In this document: positions 38,101 to 51,159 of the stretch, piece by piece
How positions within the stretch are numbered: position 1 is the first letter of the stretch
How the letters are laid out: the number at the start of each line of letters is the position of its first letter
DNA from: Vicugna vicugna
Lineage: Eukaryota
Length of the DNA stretch: 64,000 nucleotides
Direction: 5' to 3'
Assembly (NCBI GenBank): GCA_013265495.1
Contig: MU063101.1
Coordinates: 6,562,164 to 6,626,163, forward strand
The notes under the pieces: model-generated
What the model was told of the DNA's origin: nothing
The model's database searches: none
What the model saw: only the letters and a program-made list of their open reading frames with translations
Translations under genes and position numbers: made by a program

Positions 38101-39272
38101 TCTTTCAGAAACACTGTCACCATGTCCTCCAGCCTCAACTTAGGGCCGTCCTCATCCTTATCAGCTCTCCCCAAATTCTCACTCTGACCCCCGATCCAAT
38201 GAAAACCCTGGTCAGCAAGGACAGGGCTTTGTCCAAGTGTCTTTTGAGACCTCAAGTTGTACATCCTGGGTTCTGTCCCTCACAGGAGCAAGCAGTTATC
38301 TTTGAAATAAATGTTGATTTCTGTCTTCTCTCTCGAGATCCAGGTGAAGCGGGTGGTTTTTGTGGTTGCCAGGGACCTGGTAAGGAAATGAAAGTCAGGA
38401 AAGGAGGAAAAATTGGACCAACGGCACTTGAAAAATCTTTGAGGACAATTTTGCTTTTTTTCTAAGGAACTTGATGCATCTCTGAATTGAAAAAATTTCA
38501 CCTAAAATATCTATCTGTTCTGGAATCCTCTTGTTTCTTGGCACGCTTACTAAATTCTGCTCTTGCAGCAAAAAAATCTTAGCTTTCTTAGCTTCTGGAA
38601 AACTTTAAAATCATTAACTGTTCTTTAAAAATGTAATATTGGAAATACATGTGATCTCTGTCCCTATAACTAAATACTCTGACATGAACCACTATAAATT
38701 TTGTACTCAACAATTTGAAGGTGTTGGATGTAATAATCATTGGAATCCCTTCTAGCCATAAGCAACAATGGATCCACAAATTCGGATCAAATAACAAAAA
38801 CATTAAAATTTCCCTTTATTTTCCTTTGTTCTTAAAGAATAAGTTAACATATATTGATCTTATTTCACAACTTGCATGGAAATGAATGTTTCACTGTTGA
38901 CATTTTTATGATTTACAGTTTCCATTCTTTTTAATAGCCTTGGTACAGTATTGAAAAAAAAACTATCTTGGGCATAAAAGCTGTTTTAGAAGCAGAAGTC
39001 ATTTTAGGATAGCAAACATGACTTATATAATCCACTTTCTCAAAAAAAAAAGAAAAGAAAATCTTGGTATCAACGTGATTCAGGAGGGGAAAAATGGTGA
39101 GATTGGATGAAGAGGAAATACCCAAGATGACTGAATTTCACTTGTTCTGGAGGGAATGACCAAATTATTTATATTTATCTGTGAGAGGCTGTAGTTCAGA
39201 AACTATGGAAAAGCTTTGTAAATCCAAGTCAAAAGACCAGTTCAGCAGAGGTGTTGCCTTAGGCAGTGGTAT

Positions 39273-39682
39273 GTGAATCAGGTTGGGTTAAGTTATGCTG
39301 CAATAATAAACAGTCCTCCAAATATTAATGGCTTAAGCAACAAAAGCTTATTTATTACTCATGCTACATAACCAATATCGGTTAGAGTGGTGCTCTGCTC
39401 CATGCAGCCATGACCCATGAGCAGGCAGTCACCCACATGATGATCATCTTAACATGATGCAAGTGGGTTTTCCATGGCAAAAGGAAGAGAACACTCCAGA
39501 TTCTGCATTCACAATGAAATGCTCTGTCCTGGAAGTAACAGTCCCGACTTCTCACTGTGATCTGTTGAGTATAATAATGACATAACTCCATCCTATTGCA
39601 AAGGGGACAGCAAAGTGTGGTTCTTCATGTGCTCAGGAGAGAGGAGACCTGACTACACACGAGCATTAGATGTCTCTACCAC
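39273..39682 (-). mobile_element. MaLR LTR (MLT1I/J-like)
   Basis: ggttaagttatgctgcaataataaac...aatggcttaagcaacaaaagcttattt...tctctaccaca. Confidence 0.8.
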
Positions 39683-39869
39683 AATAGCCAGAGTGGAATT
39701 GGTCTTTTCTGTCAGAAGCTAGATGGTATTTGTGTTCAGGGGTCAGTGGGACCACAAACTTGGAGTGAAAACTCCTGAATTTTAAATGTGAGTCTTCTTT
39801 TACTAGTCATGTAGTCTTGGGCGAGTCCACATCGGGGTTCTGGGTCCTGTTTGGAAGATGAGGGCACTT

Positions 39870-40025
39870 GTCTTCTCAAAGCAACATCTGTGGCCCTGCA
39901 ACATCTGTGGCCTTGCATCAGCCTCACTCTCAGTATTAGAAAAACAGCATCTCAGGCCTTGTCTACCTAATCTAAATCTGCGTTTTAACCAGATCCCCCA
40001 GGTTGGATAAAAGCTGGAGAAAGGT
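39870..40025. mobile_element. MER5A-like MITE with an internal 17-bp tandem duplication
   Basis: ttctcaaag...aatctgcgttttaaccagatccccagg; gcaacatctgtggcc(c/t)t twice at 39881-39914. Confidence 0.65.
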
Positions 40026-40169
40026 TGCCTTGGAGGATTTCTAAAATTTCCATGGGCTCTAAAATTTGCTTTCATCTACATTAGAATGTAATGCAGCTAT
40101 TTTAAGATAGTGTGGCCTTTCAGAGAGTAGTTTCCCATACCAGGATCTGAATACTAAGACCACAGTAAT

Positions 40170-40408
40170 GACCACAATACTAAGATGTCTTGTGTGCTTG
40201 CAGGTGTCAGGCGCTGAGCTGGTCACTTACTCACAGCAGCTCCTCAACTCCTCATCCTAATAATGGGGCCCTGGGAGGTCCTGCTGCTATCCCCATCTTA
40301 CAGATAAGGAAACAAAGGTTGAAAGAAGTTAAATAACTCAGGCTTGCACAGCTAGGAATTGTGAAGCTGAGATCTGGGTACAAGTTGTCTGGGTGTAGAG
40401 CCTGCACT
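40170..40408 (-). mobile_element. MIR SINE
   Basis: tatccccatcttacagataaggaaac...gttaaataactc. Confidence 0.8.
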
Positions 40409-41059
40409 AAAATTGCTGTCCTGGTCAGAAGCACAGCTCATGGTGGAATCAAGGGCGTTCAGCACCAGCAAGTGGGCTCTTTCCTTGTGTGTATGTGTGT
40501 GCGCGCGTGCTCTGGCATGCATGCAGATCTGTATGTGTGATCTTTTTCAATTACTGCTATTTCCTCCCTTTTGTATTAAACAGAGCATTGGAACTTTGAT
40601 TTTCTCTGTGTATTTAATTAGGAAACACTATTTAATAACCCTGTGACAAAAGTGGAGCAGGCAGTCACCCACATGATGATGAGAGTCCCTAACATCTTCC
40701 TCTTTGTGGCCTTCCCTCAAATGCCCCTGGTAACACACCAGCTAGATTTAAAGAAGCTGCTTCCAGAGTCCTTACTAAAGACCTTATTTATACAAAATGA
40801 ATACATTGACTGTTGGGAAAGCAGAGAAAAAAATGTGGCCTCCCTGGTGATGAAAGGAGCCTGTATCGGTTACTCTGATATTGTAGCTCTCCACATTAAC
40901 TGTAAAATATGATAATATAATTAATATAACATAGCATACTATGTTATAGCGTGCTATGATCTGTATGCACTCTACTGTAACATAGTATATATATTTATAT
41001 ATACATATATAACATAATGTGTATACATATATGTGTGAGACATATATGAAATGAAAATA

Positions 41060-41139
41060 CAGGCACAATATTTATTGAAAAATATCTGCATTTAAGCGGA
41101 GCCACACAGTGCAAACCCATGTTGTTGAAGGGCCAGCTG
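41060..41139 (+). mobile_element. Tigger1-like (TcMar) 3' terminal fragment
   Basis: tattgaaaaatatctgcatttaagcgga...cagtgcaaacccatgttgttgaagggccagctg followed by TA; no matching 5' TIR seen. Confidence 0.75.
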
Positions 41140-41559
41140 TACATGGAACATACAGGACAGAGTAACAACTGCACACCACCCATGATTTCTGTGTGGAGGG
41201 GTCTCTGGAGCTCTCCACCGCAATCATCGTCTCCCTTAATCTTCCTTAGATACTATTATTACAGATGAGGAAATGAATGCCAGAAGCTTAAGTGAATTGC
41301 TAAGCCAATATTCAGTGATATTCATATTCAGTTATAAGTCAACAGTCAAAGCCAGATCTACTGATTCCAGATGTTAAATGTAGTGTATGGAAAACACCGA
41401 ATTAGACCAAAAGCAGAGAAGAGATCATTGCCCTCTCTGTGGTGTCCAGCCCTCATCCTGGACTCATGTGCAAGTGCGCCTGGGCCCTTCAGCATGGTGG
41501 CCTCCTACCTCCAGAGCCTGCCTCTGCCCCGACTGGACAGCTTGCTGAGTGGAAAAAGC

Positions 41560-41785
41560 CAGTGAGGGGAGTATATTTGGACTGACTCTCCCACATCCTC
41601 ATCCTTAGTGGATGATTCTGAGGCATGTTCTCCACTGTGTCTCAGAGGGTCGCAGTGAGATTGAGTTCCACACTGGTAACCTTCCCATCACTGCACCTTT
41701 ATCTGCTTGTCTCCCTGCCCAAAACTCTCACCCAAGTCCTTGCCTCAGGGTCTGCTTTGTGGGGAACCCCAAGGAGAGAGACTAA
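41560..41785 (+). mobile_element. ERVL LTR (LTR16-like) 3' part
   Basis: gatgattctgaggcatgttctccactg...tgcctcagggtctgctttgtggggaacccc. Confidence 0.65.
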
Positions 41786-42914
41786 GATCAGCTTGTGACA
41801 ATGGCCTGACCACGGTCCACCACCTGAGATCTTCCTCTTGGCATTAAAGTTACATTTCATCAGAATGACTTGAGCTGGGCTTTTCCATTCCAGCCACTTC
41901 CATCTGTCCTAACCTTGGGGTGAACAACATTCTTGAGCTAGAATGGCTCTGGCAGAGCTCAGTAATGTTACTATGTATGCAACGGGAATGGGGATGTGGT
42001 TTCTGAGCCTTATGTAAGATGCGTAACTTGTTATGAGGCTGCACGCTTGGAATGTCTGGGTTCAGATGACCTTTGATGTCCTCTGTGAGGCAGACTTTGG
42101 CCCTGTAACTGTTGAATTACACCAGGATTCCCAGTAAAATGATTGCTGGGAAATGCCATATGTGGGATTGCCTGAGTTTTCCAATAGAGACTATCAGTCT
42201 CATTTGGGAAGTCTTTCTCTTCTCCTTTGTGATCAGATGTCCCTGTGCTTCTGGAAAAGGTCACAGATTTGTAAATTAGCTCTGCAGATGGAAAGGATAT
42301 TATAGAAGTCAAACCAGTTAAAGCTCTTTGACACTGAACATATTCATAGGCAGAATTGCTGCAAAAATCCTCTCAATGCAGCTGCCGAGCTAGGTTTTAC
42401 TGTAAGTCAGCTTTGTGACCAAACCATGAAAGAGAAGGAAAAAATGGTCTAAATGTGTTAAGAAAAGTATGCAAAATGGCTGAAAGCTGATAAATGGCAG
42501 AGTCAGGACTCAGGTCTGTGGATTCCAGACATCCTGCCTACCAAACATAAAACTGGAAGGAAAAAACGAAAAAGAGCTCTGAGGAGACCAAACAGCCCAT
42601 ATGGGCATCAAACTCAACGTGATGGCACGACCAGGCTTTTTTCCTCTGGCACAAAGAGCTTTTGTTTGATTATATTTCAAAAAGAAAATAAAAGAGCCAA
42701 GTTTCCCAAGTGTTCCATATGAAAACAGGAAATGGCTATAGCATTTATCCTGCCTTCTCAGTATTCCCAGTGTCTGGATCAAAACCCATCACCATGCCTC
42801 ACTGGTCCAAAGCTTACTGTAGGGGGTAGGAATATTTAGACCTACAAGTCTGGTGTCTCCTTGGCTAGGTGTGGACCATTCACAGCATTGAGGGGAGGCG
42901 GGGCTGTCCTTCCA

Positions 42915-44535
42915 TTTTATATAATAGCTTTTGAACTATCATCTCTCAACATTGTATTAGTAGTTATAAACAGAGTTGAAAGAACTTCAAACTGAACAAC
43001 CGTGTGCTCATAACCTAGATTCTACAATGTACATTTTACTTGTTTAATCATACATAACACACACACACACACACACATCAATCCTCCCTCTGTATTTTCA
43101 CCAAGTATCTCATATTTTTGTATTTCACAGTAAGTGACAAATATGTACAACACCACCCCCTGATACTTCTGCCTGCACATTATTAATTAGAGTTCAGCAT
43201 TTGTTTATGGTTCTCGTTTTCCTTTTGAAGTAAAATTCACATACTGGGATACTATGACACCCACAAATCTTGTATAAAACAAGTGCATTCTGACCAGTGC
43301 ATACAAATGTGCAACCCAAACTCCCATCAAGATAGAAACCATCTTCATCATCCCAGAAAGTAGCCTCATGGCCCTTCCTAGTCACTATCTGCCTCCCCTT
43401 CCCTCCCACCCCAGAGGCTACCCCTGTGCTGACTTTTCCCGCCATACGTTACTTTTGTCTGCTCTAGAACTCTGTGTGAATGAAATCATAGCATATATAT
43501 GTATTTTTTTATTTGACTTCTTTTGCTCAGTATAAGGCTTTAGAGTTTCACCTGTGTTGTGGCATACATCAGTGGTTCTTCATTACTGAGTAATATTGCA
43601 TCGCTTAGATTTAGCATATTTTTAGTCCACCCTCCTTACTGATGGACACCTGGGTTGATTCCAGCTCTTGGTAACCATGAATAAACCACTATAAACAATC
43701 ATTCAGTACAAATCTATATACGGATATGTTTTCATTTCTCTTGAGTAAATCCCTAGGAATAAAATTGCTGAATCCTGGGGTAGAGTCATTCTGCGTATTA
43801 TAAGAAACAGCCTGTCCGTTCTCCAAAGTGGTCGTTCCACCCCTCAGCTACATAAGAGGGTGGCAATTGCTGAACATTTTCCCAAACATTTGGTGTTTCT
43901 GGTCCTTTTACTCTTCGTTATATTGTGGGTATGTAGTGGCATCTCATTGTGGGTTTAATTTGCATCACCCTAATGACTTGTGTGCTTATTGGCCATTCAT
44001 ACATCTTCCTTTAGAAGTGAAGTGTTTTTTCAAATATCTTACTCACTATTATTTTGTTTTTCTTTTGTCTTTTTTAATCACTGATTTATAGGAATTCTTT
44101 TTAAAATTTATTTATTTATTATTTTATTTTGGGGGGAGGTAATAGGGCTTTTATTTACTTGTTTTTAGTGGAGGTACTGGGGATTGAACCCAGGACCTTG
44201 TGCTTATTAGGCAACTGTTCTACCACTGAGCTACACCCTTTTCATAACCTGGGCACCATTCTCTTGTCAGATACATATTTTGCAAGTATTTTACCCCAGT
44301 CTGTGGCTTGATTATTTGTTTTTTTAATGATTTTTTTGATGGGTGGAAGTTCTTAATGTTAATAAAGTTTCATTTTAATGTTTTTCTTTTATGGTTATAG
44401 CTTTCTGTGCCCAGTCTTTGAAATCTATGCCTACACCCAGAGTAGAGAAGATATTCTTCTGTGTTTTCCTTCAAAAGCTGTACAGCTTTAACTTCTACTT
44501 TAGGTCTATGACCCCTTTAGACTTAATTTTTATTG
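42915..44535 (-). mobile_element. Old L1 (L1MC/MD-like) 3' end and distal ORF2, containing a (CA)n run and a SINE
   Basis: gaagtaaaattcacatac...catcccagaaag...ctcattgtgggtttaatttgcat...tttgcaagtattttacccc. Confidence 0.85.
44098..44240 (-). mobile_element. tRNA-derived SINE of camelid (Vic-1-like) type
   Basis: Minus strand: GGGTGTAGCTCAGTGG (A box, 44223-44233)...GGTTCAATCCC (B box, 44180-44190) CAGTACCTCC...ATTACCTCCCCCC + A-rich tail. Confidence 0.85.
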
Positions 44536-44554
44536 AATAAAATAGAGGTCATAT

Positions 44555-45780
44555 GTGTGAATTTCTGGCTGCTATAAAAGTTTTCTCTTCATCTTGGGTT
44601 TTCGGTGGTTTGACTGTGATATGAACCTACATGTAGTTCTCTTTATATTTATCCTTTTATGGATTTGGTTCTATAATTTTATGTGTATCACTGTATCTAA
44701 GAAATCTTCAGCTGCTATTTCTTCAGACTTTTTTTTTTGCCCCAGTTTCTAGGAAAAAAACATTACCTATGTTAGATCTTTTGATATTGTGCCACAGAGC
44801 CTGAAAAAGAACTGTTAGTGCTTTTTCTTTGTTTTCTTCGTATTGAATAATTTCTACTGATTTATCTTCAAGTTGACTGACTTTCTTTCATCTTCATTTT
44901 GTTGCTGAGACCAACCAGTGAATATTTTATTTGATGTATTCCATTTTTCAGTTCTAAAATTCCCATTTGGTTCATTTTTATTGTTTCTATTTCTCTGCTG
45001 AGATTTCATATCATTTCATCATATTTTCTTTTAGGTCCTTGATTATAATTATAATAGGTGCTTTCCAAACATTGACTGCTAATTCCAAAATCTGGGTGGC
45101 CCTTAGAGTTGGTCTCCATCGATTGCCTTTTCTTGTGAGAATGAGTCATATTTTCCTACTATTTTCTTTTTAGTGTCATTCAGACATTGGACTGTATCCT
45201 AAACATTGTAAAAGATATGGTATAGAAATGCTGAATTCTGTTCTGTTCCCTGCAAAGAGCATTTTGTTTGTTTATTCGGTTTTGCTTAGCTAAACTCAAG
45301 CTTACATACTCTATCTCCCCTGCAGAGAGAGGCAGCTCAAATACTGATTCTTGGAGATTGCCCATCCATGCAGGTTCAGGGGTCCACAGCAGCAGAGTTT
45401 TGGGCAGAGTTTCTGTACAGAAGTTGGAGCTCTCTGTCTCTGAGTCTCTCCTGTCTGGGTTTTCCCCATTTACTGTCTGGTGGCTGTTGTCCTGAACCTT
45501 ATTCTGTATTCTGAAAGCTACCAACACTGGGTTTCTCATCAGACTTTTAGCTGTCCACCTGACATTGACTGGTTCTGCTTTCACACTGAGAGGCATAAAA
45601 ATGGGAAACTCACCCAATACTGTCTTCTTCTTCCAAGTGTTCACTTCCTTCCAAGTTCTTCCTAGTTGGTTCACTCTCCATGTCTTTCAGGTAGTTATTT
45701 ATTGGGTGTTGTCTAGAGTTTATGGCTGTCATCTATAGGAAGGTTGATCAAATAGGAGCTACTCAGCTATACCTGAAGTC
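44555..45780 (-). mobile_element. Old L1 5' region (decayed ORF1 and 5' UTR, L1M4/L1MD-like)
   Basis: aatttctactgatttatcttcaagt..., ttttcagttctaaaattcccatttggttc, ctctccatgtctttcag. Confidence 0.7.
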
Positions 45781-45964
45781 AAATCCTCTGTTCTACCATC
45801 ATCAATGGCTCCAGAACATTCCATTGTAAGGATGCACCATCATTTATTTACCTTATCTTATGGTGATATTATTCATGTTATTTTCATTATTTGCTATTAT
45901 GATAACTTTGGTTCTGACATAAAATCAACCTCGCACAGATGCATATTTGATTTGGAACTGAAGC

Positions 45965-46140
45965 AAGGGACTTTTCTGAGCTAAAGTTGTCCCATCTGTA
46001 AAATGGGATGATAATAATCATAGCAACCATTATGTGGTTTACTGAGACTGAAATGGGGATAATATTTCCACTAAATGCAAGCAGTAATATAATGGAACAA
46101 TATATTTCAAACGCCTAGTACAGCTCTGGCACGTAATCAA
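45965..46140 (+). mobile_element. MIR SINE
   Basis: cccatctgtaaaatgggatgataataat. Confidence 0.7.
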
Positions 46141-47049
46141 CTCAAATTAGATGCTAGCCTCTCCTTTTTTTGGCCTTGTTGTCATTATCCTTGTTGTTAA
46201 ATTTTTGCTTGCACTCATAATTATATAAATAAAAGACTGGAAAGCACATCGCTTGCAAGCAAATGTGTTTATAAGTAAATATATCATGAGGGTTTTCTTT
46301 CATCAGTCAGGTTGTTTTTGAGAATGTGATTTTAGTGGCTGCATAATAGTCTAGTAAAAAATGTCATTCTTTATTTGGATTATCCATGATTTCTGAAAAA
46401 AATCAAAGTTACAATATGTATATTATGTAAATTCCTCTGGGGGAAAAACTCCTTCAAAACAACCTTATTTCTAATTGTAGCCTAGTACTTAGGAAATAAT
46501 GTCAACCAGCTGAAGTTAAGTAGCAAATTTCAGAAGGTAGGCTGCTCATTAAAAGTACTTTCATATTTGGGCTAATAAAAATGACATATCTACCTCATCC
46601 CTTTTTAAGGAAATTGAAGTGCTTCATCAACCTTATTTCATTAAGATCCCCACAGCAATCCTGTGGCATGGGTGAAGGTCAAGGAGGCTCTGCCTTTTGC
46701 AGACGGAGAATCAAGTGTCATGATGATAAAGTGCTCTCTCTAGGACCATCCACAGTGGGAAGAGCCCTTATCTCATTCCCCAGGTTTCTCTACTCTAGAC
46801 GCAGCTCAGGGCAGCCACGAGTCCCAGATCGGGGGTGACAGCCAGCTATCGTGATTAGCAGAGGCTAGAAATGCAAACCCAGGAAAATCGGAATGCCTGT
46901 GTGTGACAAGCATGGACAAAAAAATTTGGTTTCCCTCCCACTCTTGCTCATTCCAAATGTTTATTAAATGAGCAGATGAATGGGGAGGGGGGTTTCGACT
47001 ACATCTCCTCCTCCTCCTGCATCAAGATACCCTACCAAACACCAGGCAG

Positions 47050-47170
47050 GTGCTCTCACTGTCCAGTGCAATTCTCATGATGAATCTGTGAGATATACTC
47101 TATTATTAGCCCCACTTTAAAGATGAGAAAACCAAGATTTAGATAGTAACCAGCCCCAATGTCCACAGCT
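47050..47170 (-). mobile_element. MIR SINE
   Basis: attattagccccactttaaagatgagaaaacc. Confidence 0.65.
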
Positions 47171-47434
47171 AATATATATTTATGAAGAATCTCACTCTGT
47201 TCAAATCAAAGACATCTGCTTGTGTCTTGCAGTCTTGAGTAGGGAAAAGTGTACCTCTCAAAATACAGAGGAAGCAATGAGAAGAACTTTATTCTAGCCC
47301 ACAGGGGAGATTATCTAGTGAATGTTATGGGAAACTTGGCAAGAAATGGGTTATTTTACAATCCCTCTTAGTAAAGAAGGCTCTTGAGGGCTATGGAGAG
47401 TTTTCTCACTGTAAGAAAGTAGATCCAAAACTAT

Positions 47435-47660
47435 CTGATCATTTTAACTGTATTTACTAAGCACCTACTATGTATCAATGACAGTGGCAGACCCAGAGGA
47501 CACACTGTAAATGAAACAGAAGTGATCTGTATGGCCTGAGTCTACTAGTGTAGAAGTGAGGACAAGGACCGAACATGGGATCACAACTGTGCTGAAAGGG
47601 GAGGTACAGGATGCTTGAGACATGTATCAGGGACAGCCACCTAGACCAAGGATCATATTT
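47435..47660 (-). mobile_element. L2 3' fragment
   Basis: tatttactaagcacctactatgt...gctgaaaggggaggtacaggatgct. Confidence 0.65.
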
Positions 47661-48225
47661 CGAGAGTTTAAAGACCAGGGTAGGAACATGCTTTTAGATA
47701 AACAGAGTGTCCCAGCTAATACTGGAGATGAGCTTTTTCCAGATTCAGAAAGATCTCACTAGGTTGGAGCAATGGATTGGCGCCATGAAGATTAAATTTT
47801 AGTTCTAGAATTAGGAGGTACAAGTAAGTAGAGAATCAGGAGATTTGGTCTGAGAACAGCTTTTGCAGGAAAGACTGAAAAATGTTCCTCTACTACAGGG
47901 TCAATATTAATTAGCAAGGCATTTGATTCTGCTGTTTTAACAGCAATAATGAATTCACACATTTGTTTTAAAAAGCATGCGAAGGAAAAAAAAATGTTTT
48001 ATATCTATTCCCAGATGGTATGTTTTGAATGGTGTCTTTCCTTTCCACAGACTTTTTGGTAAGATGGTTGATTTTTTTTATGGGAAAATAAGTAATAAGT
48101 TTGGGAGCAATTAACTTGATCCTTAATAAAAATGATTCAAAACCACAATAGAAGCTGATATGCTTCCATGCTCTCTAAATCTCTTCACTAAATACATAGT
48201 AATTGGATATTTATAAGCGTTCAGA

Positions 48226-48312
48226 CTCTCCCATAACTAAAGTAGAAATGATAATGGGTTGGTATGGATACACAGTTTTAAATACAGTATCTTACTTGAT
48301 TCTCGAAATACC
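48226..48312 (+). repeat. Uninterrupted copy of an ~87-bp local duplication
   Basis: Aligns to 49741-49795 plus 50331-50376. Confidence 0.85.
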
Positions 48313-49701
48313 CTCGAGGGGAACTCCCAAGGGGTGTTTTTATGTGTATTCACTGTTTGTCCTGCCTGCTTGAATAAAGCATTAGGACAATTTACATAAC
48401 TTCACACTGAACAGGGTAAACAAGGATGTGATGGAATTAGAAAGGATAATAAGGACAGGAAAGCCAGAAGGAAGGCAACGTAAGTGCACTCAGTTCTCAC
48501 ATGTGTGGTCCTGCACGCTCGCTGGAGGAGGGACAAGGTCACCATGCTGTACCCCAGAAACGAACTCAACGTTGTAAGCCAATGATACTTCAATTAAATA
48601 AAAAATAAAATAAGTTCTTTAAAAATGATCACTGTCCCCATGTTGTGGATGTGGAAATTGAGATTTAGAGACGTTCCTGAAGTTCCCAGTATCGTAGAAC
48701 CTGTAAGTAACAGACCGCAATACACATCCATCAGCTCCACTAAAATTCTCTTTCTCTCTCTGCTACTCTCTGCCGCCTTCCAATAACATGAAAAACGAAA
48801 TTGGTGTTGGAAAAGATGCCAATTCAAAGAAACTCAATAGAACTGTTGTTGGAAACTTCTTTTCAACATGCACCCCAAACTGTGAACTGATGAGACTTCT
48901 ACTCCCTCAGTGCTTATAACTTTCTTAATCTTAGCAGTTCGCAAGTAGTTTAACATGCGTTCTATTAATCATCTGATCAGAAACTAAATATAGTGAAAGG
49001 CATCAGGCTATTATAACACTCTTTTGCCTATCCCAAGTTATGGTTTATTGAGTTGAGTTGTCAATATTAAATCATCCAGAAAGATGGCTCCAGGTAAGGC
49101 TCACCATCTCATCAATAACACTTCACCAACTGTGGCTCTTTAGAGACACAATGAAATTCACAATGAGCTTGCCACACTGCTGCACACCCGTCATAATTTT
49201 TATCATGCTTTGTGGCTGCACTGACTTCCAGAGGAGGCCGTCCTAAAAGCCTAACGTGACCCAGATCAATTTTCAGATGTAAATTTGGGTGCTGTTGGTA
49301 GCATTTTTCACACCTAACAAATTGTCTCTGGTTTTGAACTAATGATCACATAAAAGACTGAAGCCAATTGAATGCATTATTGGCTGGTGGCAATTTATGT
49401 GGCTGGGGCAGGTTTAGCAAGAGCTAGTCAGGGAGAGGATTTGTGACTTTGAAAATGTTTATATTGGTAGGAATGTCAGGTGTTTTTGTCTGCTTCTTCC
49501 TGCCTTTTTCACTTTCATGTTTATCTAGAAGGAATCACCTTTCCTTTGTAGTTTAGGTGCTCTGTGTAGGAATGACTGTGAAAACCCCATGAGAGCATGT
49601 TTGTGGAGGAGAACCCATGATTCACCTTCAGAAAGCAGTGTGCTTTCCACTTCCAAGTTGGTAGGAAAATGTATTCATTTAGTCCATAAATATTGAGCAG
49701 G

Positions 49702-50690
49702 TGTCAGTTAAGGATGCGTTTGGCCAAGGAGTTTATTATACTCCTCCATAACTAAAGTGGAAATGATAATGAATTGTTATGGGATACACAGTTTTATTTT
49801 ATTTTTTAAAATTTTGTTTTTTTAAACTGAATTATAGTCAGTTTACAATGTTGTGTTAATTTCTGATGTGCAGCATAGTGATTCAGTTTTACATATATAT
49901 ATATATATATATATTCCTTTTCATATTTTTCTTTATAGGGTATTATAAGATATTGAATACAGTTCCCTGTGCTATATCTTGGGGTAGGACCTTGTTGTTT
50001 ATATATTTTATATATAGTAGTTAGTATCTACAGATCCTGAACTCCCAATTTATTCTTCCTCTTCCTCTCCTTCACGGTAACCATAAGTTTGTTTTCTATG
50101 TCTGTGAGTCAATTTCTGTTTTGTACGCTTGTTTCTTTCTTTTTTTTAGATCCACATACGAGCGATCTCTTATGGTACTTTTCTTTCTCTTTCTGTCTTA
50201 CTTCACTCAGTATGACAATCTCCAAGTCCATCTGTGTTGTTATAAATGGCATTATTTTATCCTTTTTATGGCTAAGTAGTATTTTATATATATGTGGTGT
50301 GCACACACACACACACGCACACCCATCTCAGATACACAGTCTTAAGTCCAGGATCTTACTTGATTCTCAAAGTACCAATCAACAACCCTGATTAAGAATA
50401 TCTTTTATTGAGTAGGGGTTGTATTCCCTATTTAACATGAGGTCCCAGGATGGATGATTGTTGTGGCTGATTCAGCTGTTGGATAATGCCATCAGAAAGC
50501 CAGTTGATTCCTCCATTTCATCCCAGTATCCTTCATTTGATGGCTTTAACCTTTATTCTTGTCCCCACGGTTGCAAGATGGCTGCTGCAGGAGCAGTTAT
50601 CATGGCTGGGAGAAGGGAGAAGGGGCAGCCAGCCATATCTGGGGAGCCCTGGATTTATTTTCTTGCTAACAGGACTTCTTAGAGCTTTCA
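49702..50690 (-). mobile_element. MaLR LTR (MLT1K/L-like), interrupted by the duplicated segment and an L1
   Basis: Begins tgtcagttaaggatgcgtttggc; resumes near 50377 with ggctgattcagctgttggataatgccatcag...ccccacggttgcaagatggctgctgcag. Confidence 0.7.
49796..50330 (-). mobile_element. 5'-truncated young L1 3' end with a 13-bp TSD
   Basis: T-rich tail, tatagtcagtttacaatgttgtg...ttcactcagtatgacaatctccaagtccatc; TSD gatacacagt(t/c)tt at 49783-49795 and 50331-50343. Confidence 0.9.
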
Positions 50691-51159
50691 ATATGTTCAT
50701 ACACATTGAGGCTCTTGATGGGGGAGTGTTATTATATTCTGCTGAATATAATATTTGCCAAAATAAACAGAGAACTCAATTTTTTCCTTAGAACACCTAT
50801 TAATTCAGAAATGTTCCAAGTGACACTTGAAATGCTGCATTATTCTTAGCTCACACCCTTTCCTGAGAGAGTCAAACTCATTTGTCTCCAGTCATTGCAG
50901 CCTTCTACAGCTAAGGCAGGTGTCCAACTGCTCTAACTGAGAACAAATCAAGGCATCAGGGCCTTTGAGTGTGTCCCATCATGGGTAGATGGTGGCCCAA
51001 GTGCAAAATGATTCATAAAATAACAAACTCAGGTATCAGGGCCCTGACCTCTTGAAATTCACATCAAATTCAAGGCAAAATTCAGAGAGACATAGAGGCA
51101 TAGACTTGAGACTGTGAGACAGTCTTATTTGCCCAAGAAAACTCAGTAAACCCTTGAGC

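Noticed and set aside
44170-44240. tRNA gene (A and B boxes present)
   Set aside because: No complete cloverleaf, and it carries a SINE body and A-rich tail; it is a SINE.
45180-45674. Longest ORF in the track (164 aa, minus strand)
   Set aside because: Lies in a decayed L1 5' region and has no recognisable domain or splice context.
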